A DNA stretch of 32,000 nt from the NCBI RefSeq assembly GCF_000011805.1, contig NC_006840.2, one strand, 5' to 3'. The notes beneath the pieces were generated by a model. That model was not told the origin of the DNA. It was given only the letters and a program-made list of their open reading frames with translations, and did not search any database. Positions 28,683-32,000 of the stretch are shown one piece after another. The position numbers and the translations under genes are program-made. This DNA comes from Aliivibrio fischeri ES114 (GTDB taxonomy: Bacteria; Pseudomonadota; Gammaproteobacteria; Enterobacterales; Vibrionaceae). Numbering within the stretch: position 1 is the first letter of the stretch; the number at the start of each line of letters is the position of its first letter.

Positions 28683-29084
28683 ATGGAGCTGAGTGAGCCC
28701 CTTGTGAAAGTTAAAAAGTCAAGACCTGTCAACCTAGATCTACAAACGATCCGTTTTCCTATAACGGCTATCGCCTCAATCTTGCATCGCGTGAGTGGTG
28801 TAATTACTTTTGTTTCTGTCGGAATATTGCTTTGGTTGCTCAACCTATCGCTTTCTTCACCTATTGGATTTGCACAAGCCGCTGATTATGTCGATGGCTT
28901 TTTTGTGACTTTCATTATGTGGGGAATTCTGACTGCTCTTGCTTACCATATTGTCGTAGGTATTCGTCATTTACTGATGGATATGGGCTATTTTGAAGAG
29001 CTCGAGTCAGGCACTCAAAGTGCTAAAGTTGCGTTTGCAATTACAGCCGTATTGTCACTTTTAGCAGGAGTATTGGTATGGTAG
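28683..29084 (+). CDS. sdhC: Succinate dehydrogenase cytochrome b556 subunit
   Basis: [33 protein letters not shown] matches E. coli SdhC. The start is uncertain: ATG at 28683, or GTG at 28704, which gives an E. coli-like N-terminal length. Confidence 0.93.
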   Translation: MELSEPLVKVKKSRPVNLDLQTIRFPITAIASILHRVSGVITFVSVGILLWLLNLSLSSPIGFAQAADYVDGFFVTFIMWGILTALAYHIVVGIRHLLMDMGYFEELESGTQSAKVAFAITAVLSLLAGVLVW

Positions 29085-29425
29085 CTAATGTTTCGTCATT
29101 TGGTCGTAACGGTGTACACGATTTTATTCTGATTCGTGCCAGTGCGATCATTCTTACTCTATACACATTATACATTGTTGGCTTTTGTGCCTTTGGGCCA
29201 GAGTTAACGTATTTGTCATGGACTAACTTCTTTGGTGGACTATTTACAAAAGCGTTTACCATGTTAGCGCTATTGTCCATTCTAATTCATGCATGGATTG
29301 GTTTATGGCAAGTGCTTACTGATTATATCAAACCAGTTATGTTGCGTGCTCTGCTTCAGCTTGGGTTGGTATCTGTTCTGTTTGTCTATTTCTTCTCTGG
29401 TTTAATTATAGTGTGGGGTGTGTAG
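29078..29425 (+). CDS. sdhD: Succinate dehydrogenase hydrophobic membrane anchor subunit
   Basis: 115 aa. [29 protein letters not shown] is collinear with E. coli SdhD. It overlaps the sdhC end by 7 nt (ATGGTAG). Confidence 0.95.
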   Translation: MVANVSSFGRNGVHDFILIRASAIILTLYTLYIVGFCAFGPELTYLSWTNFFGGLFTKAFTMLALLSILIHAWIGLWQVLTDYIKPVMLRALLQLGLVSVLFVYFFSGLIIVWGV

Positions 29426-31194
29426 TGAGTAGTATTCCTGTTAGAGAATTTGATGCCGTTGTAATCGGTGCTGGTGGTGCAGGTATGCGAGCTGCGCTGC
29501 AAATTTCAGAACAAGGCCTTTCTTGTGCTTTGCTATCAAAAGTTTTTCCAACTCGTTCTCACACTGTATCTGCCCAAGGTGGTATCACCGTTGCTCTTGG
29601 TAATGCGCATGAAGATCACTGGGAACAACACATGTATGATACGGTGAAAGGCTCTGATTATATCGGTGACCAAGATGCTATCGAATATATGTGTAAAAAT
29701 GGTCCTGAGTCGGTTATTGAATTAGAGAAAATGGGCTTGCCTTTCTCACGTTTTGATAATGGTACGATTTATCAACGTCCATTTGGCGGTCAATCTAAGA
29801 ACTTTGGTGGTGAACAAGCAGCTCGTACAGCTGCAGCGGCAGACCGTACTGGGCATGCGCTTCTTCATACGCTTTACCAACAAAATATTAAGCATAAAAC
29901 GACGATTTTTTCTGAGTGGTATGCGCTTGATTTAGTAAAAAATGAAGACGGTGCCATTTTAGGATGTACTGCTCTTTGTATGGAAACCGGTGAAGTTTGT
30001 TACTTTAAATCTAAAGCAACAATTCTAGCTACTGGTGGTGCTGGACGTATTTACGCTTCAACAACCAATGCACATATTAATACTGGTGATGGTGTTGGTA
30101 TGGCGATTCGAGCTGGTGTTCCAATGCAAGACATTGAAATGTGGCAGTTCCACCCAACAGGTATCGCAGGTGCTGGTGTTCTTGTAACTGAAGGCTGTCG
30201 TGGTGAAGGTGGTTATCTTTTAAATAAAGATGGTGAACGCTTCATGGAACGTTACGCACCAAATGCTAAAGATTTGGCCGGTCGTGATGTTGTAGCTCGT
30301 TCAATGATGGTTGAAATTCGTGAAGGTCGTGGTTGCGATGGTCCTTGGGGTCCGCACATTAAACTGAAATTGGATCACTTAGGTAAAGAAACACTAGAGT
30401 CACGTTTACCTGGTGTGTGTGAGTTATCTCGTACTTTTGCTCATGTTGACCCAGTAAAAGAACCTATTCCAGTGATTCCTACTTGTCACTACATGATGGG
30501 CGGCGTACCAACTCAGGTTTCAGGTCAAGCTATTAAGCAAGATGAAAGTGGTGCCGATGTTGAAGTTCAAGGCCTGTTTGCTTGTGGTGAAATTGCGTCA
30601 GTTTCAGTACATGGTGCTAACCGTTTAGGTGGCAACTCTTTGCTTGATTTAGTGGTATTTGGTCGTGCAACAGGGCTTCATTTAGGTGAAACACTGAAAA
30701 AGCAAGCAGAAGCAAAACCAGCAACTGAAGAAGATATTCAGCGTTCACTAGAGCGTTATAATCGTTGGGAAAATAGCACGGGTGGTGAAGACCCAGCTCA
30801 AATCCGTAAAGACTTACAACAGTGTATGCAAAATAACTTCTCGGTATTCCGTGAAGGTGATGCAATGGCAAAAGGTCTTGAAGAGCTAAAAGTGATCCGC
30901 GAGCGTCTAAACAATGCGTATCTATCTGATAAATCGACTGAGTTTAATACTCAGCGTATTGAATGTTTAGAGCTAGAAAACTTGATGGAAACGGCATTTG
31001 CAACCGCAGTAGCAGCAAATTACCGTACAGAAAGTCGTGGAGCACACGCACGCTTTGATTTCCCTGAGCGTGATGATGCTAATTGGTTATGCCATTCAAT
31101 TTACAACCCTGAGACAGAATCAATGTCTAAGCGTAATGTAAATATGGAACCTGTTCACCGTGAAGCTTTCCCTCCGAAAGCTCGTACATATTAA
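29425..31194 (+). CDS. sdhA: Succinate dehydrogenase flavoprotein subunit
   Basis: The GTG at 29425 gives (M)[24 protein letters not shown], the same N-terminal length as E. coli [17 protein letters not shown]. That GTG overlaps the sdhD stop by 1 nt (TAGTG). The track start at 29413 adds 4 residues inside sdhD. FAD attachment context is SHTVSAQGG. Confidence 0.96.
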   Translation: MSSIPVREFDAVVIGAGGAGMRAALQISEQGLSCALLSKVFPTRSHTVSAQGGITVALGNAHEDHWEQHMYDTVKGSDYIGDQDAIEYMCKNGPESVIELEKMGLPFSRFDNGTIYQRPFGGQSKNFGGEQAARTAAAADRTGHALLHTLYQQNIKHKTTIFSEWYALDLVKNEDGAILGCTALCMETGEVCYFKSKATILATGGAGRIYASTTNAHINTGDGVGMAIRAGVPMQDIEMWQFHPTGIAGAGVLVTEGCRGEGGYLLNKDGERFMERYAPNAKDLAGRDVVARSMMVEIREGRGCDGPWGPHIKLKLDHLGKETLESRLPGVCELSRTFAHVDPVKEPIPVIPTCHYMMGGVPTQVSGQAIKQDESGADVEVQGLFACGEIASVSVHGANRLGGNSLLDLVVFGRATGLHLGETLKKQAEAKPATEEDIQRSLERYNRWENSTGGEDPAQIRKDLQQCMQNNFSVFREGDAMAKGLEELKVIRERLNNAYLSDKSTEFNTQRIECLELENLMETAFATAVAANYRTESRGAHARFDFPERDDANWLCHSIYNPETESMSKRNVNMEPVHREAFPPKARTY

Positions 31195-31206
31195 GAGGGC
31201 AGAAGA

Positions 31207-31920
31207 ATGAAATTGAATTTTTCGATCTACCGCTATAATCCAGATGTAGATAATGCACCTCACATGAAAGCATACACATTAGATGTTGAAGAAGGTTCAG
31301 ATATGATGGTGCTTGATGCACTTATCTTATTAAAAGAACAAGACCCAACATTAGCTTTCCGCCGTTCATGTCGTGAGGGGGTGTGTGGTTCTGATGGTCT
31401 TAATATGAATGGTAAAAATGGACTTGCATGCATTACGCCATTATCTGAATTAGCAGATAAAAGTGAGATTGTTATTCGTCCATTGCCTGGTTTGCCTGTT
31501 GTTCGAGATTTGATTGTCGATATGGCACAATTCTATGAAAATTATGAAAAGGTAAAACCGTTCTTAATTAGTGATGGAGCAACGCCACCTTCAAGAGAAA
31601 ACCTACAATCTCCAGAAGAGCGTGAGCATCTAGATGGTTTGTATGAATGCATCATGTGTGCATGTTGTACTACCTCGTGCCCATCATTTTGGTGGAATCC
31701 TGATAAATTCATCGGACCAGCAGGGTTGCTTGCAGCTTATCGTTGGTTAATTGATAGTCGAGATACTGCAACAAATGAACGTTTATCTAATTTAGATGAT
31801 GCATTCAGTGTTTTTCGTTGCCATGGTATCATGAATTGTGTAAGTGTATGTCCTAAAGGGTTAAACCCAACAAAAGCAATTGGTCATATAAAGACAATGC
31901 TATTGAAAAAAGCGGTATAA
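31207..31920 (+). CDS. sdhB: Succinate dehydrogenase iron-sulfur subunit
   Basis: 237 aa with Cys clusters CREGVCGSDG and CIMCACCTTSCP...CHGIMNCVSVCP. An SD (GAGGG) lies in the 12-nt gap after sdhA. Confidence 0.97.
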   Translation: MKLNFSIYRYNPDVDNAPHMKAYTLDVEEGSDMMVLDALILLKEQDPTLAFRRSCREGVCGSDGLNMNGKNGLACITPLSELADKSEIVIRPLPGLPVVRDLIVDMAQFYENYEKVKPFLISDGATPPSRENLQSPEEREHLDGLYECIMCACCTTSCPSFWWNPDKFIGPAGLLAAYRWLIDSRDTATNERLSNLDDAFSVFRCHGIMNCVSVCPKGLNPTKAIGHIKTMLLKKAV

Positions 31921-31929
31921 TTTACTTTT

Positions 31930-31955
31930 CCTCAACCTATGTTGATAGGTTGAGG
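31930..31955 (+). other. Strong hairpin immediately downstream of sdhB (attenuator or RNA-stabiliser candidate; no T-tract)
   Basis: CCTCAACCTAT-GTTG-ATAGGTTGAGG forms an 11-bp perfect stem and is followed by CTTATTATAA. A second small hairpin, CCCGG-N8-CCGGG, lies at 31967-31984. Confidence 0.5.
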
Positions 31956-32000
31956 CTTATTATAAGCCCGGCACAAAGACCGGGATAGACGTGAAACTAC

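Noticed and set aside
1-32000. Search for RfaH ops elements (GGCGGTAG), CRISPR repeats, IS or transposon ends, integrases and tRNA genes
   Set aside because: I found none by eye. GGCGGT occurs a few times (for example near 5518, 28637 and 29786), but never as GGCGGTAG and never in a leader context.

Overview
This is an AT-rich gammaproteobacterial core-chromosome segment. The proteins look Vibrionaceae-like, possibly Aliivibrio or Vibrio; that is an inference from remembered E. coli and Vibrio orthologues, with no search run. I can support 28 protein-coding genes, almost all recognisable housekeeping genes. In order they are: tig (5' truncated), clpP, clpX, lon, hupB, ppiD, comEA, a POT-family peptide transporter (-), rfaH, asnB (-), a CPA2/Kef-type antiporter with an RCK domain (-), nagC and nagA (-), nagE (IICB only), glnS, fur (-), a DUF4442-like hotdog protein, fldA (-), a 73-aa membrane protein (-), ybfF (-), seqA, pgm, ybgI, gltA (-) and sdhCDAB. 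The gene order joins two blocks that are separate in E. coli (tig to comEA, and asnB-nag-glnS-fur-fldA-seqA-pgm-gltA-sdh) in a more compact form. Most convergent or operon-terminal junctions carry clear rho-independent terminators, several of them bidirectional. I saw no tRNA or rRNA genes, CRISPR arrays, IS elements, integrases, phage genes, toxin-antitoxin pairs or defence-like cassettes, and no unexplained multi-gene gap. My honest assessment is that this is an ordinary conserved region, and I cannot support a claim of a novel system. The observations worth a second look are regulatory or small-scale. They are an E. coli-like NagC/CRP loop layout between nagE and nagAC, a 12-codon uORF overlapping the fur start (uof-like), and a POT transporter lacking the HA/HB helix pair. 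Others are an unusual C-free T/G tract in the 382-bp intergenic region between the transporter and rfaH, a gene on the opposite strand between fur and fldA, and strong codon optimisation of nagE.
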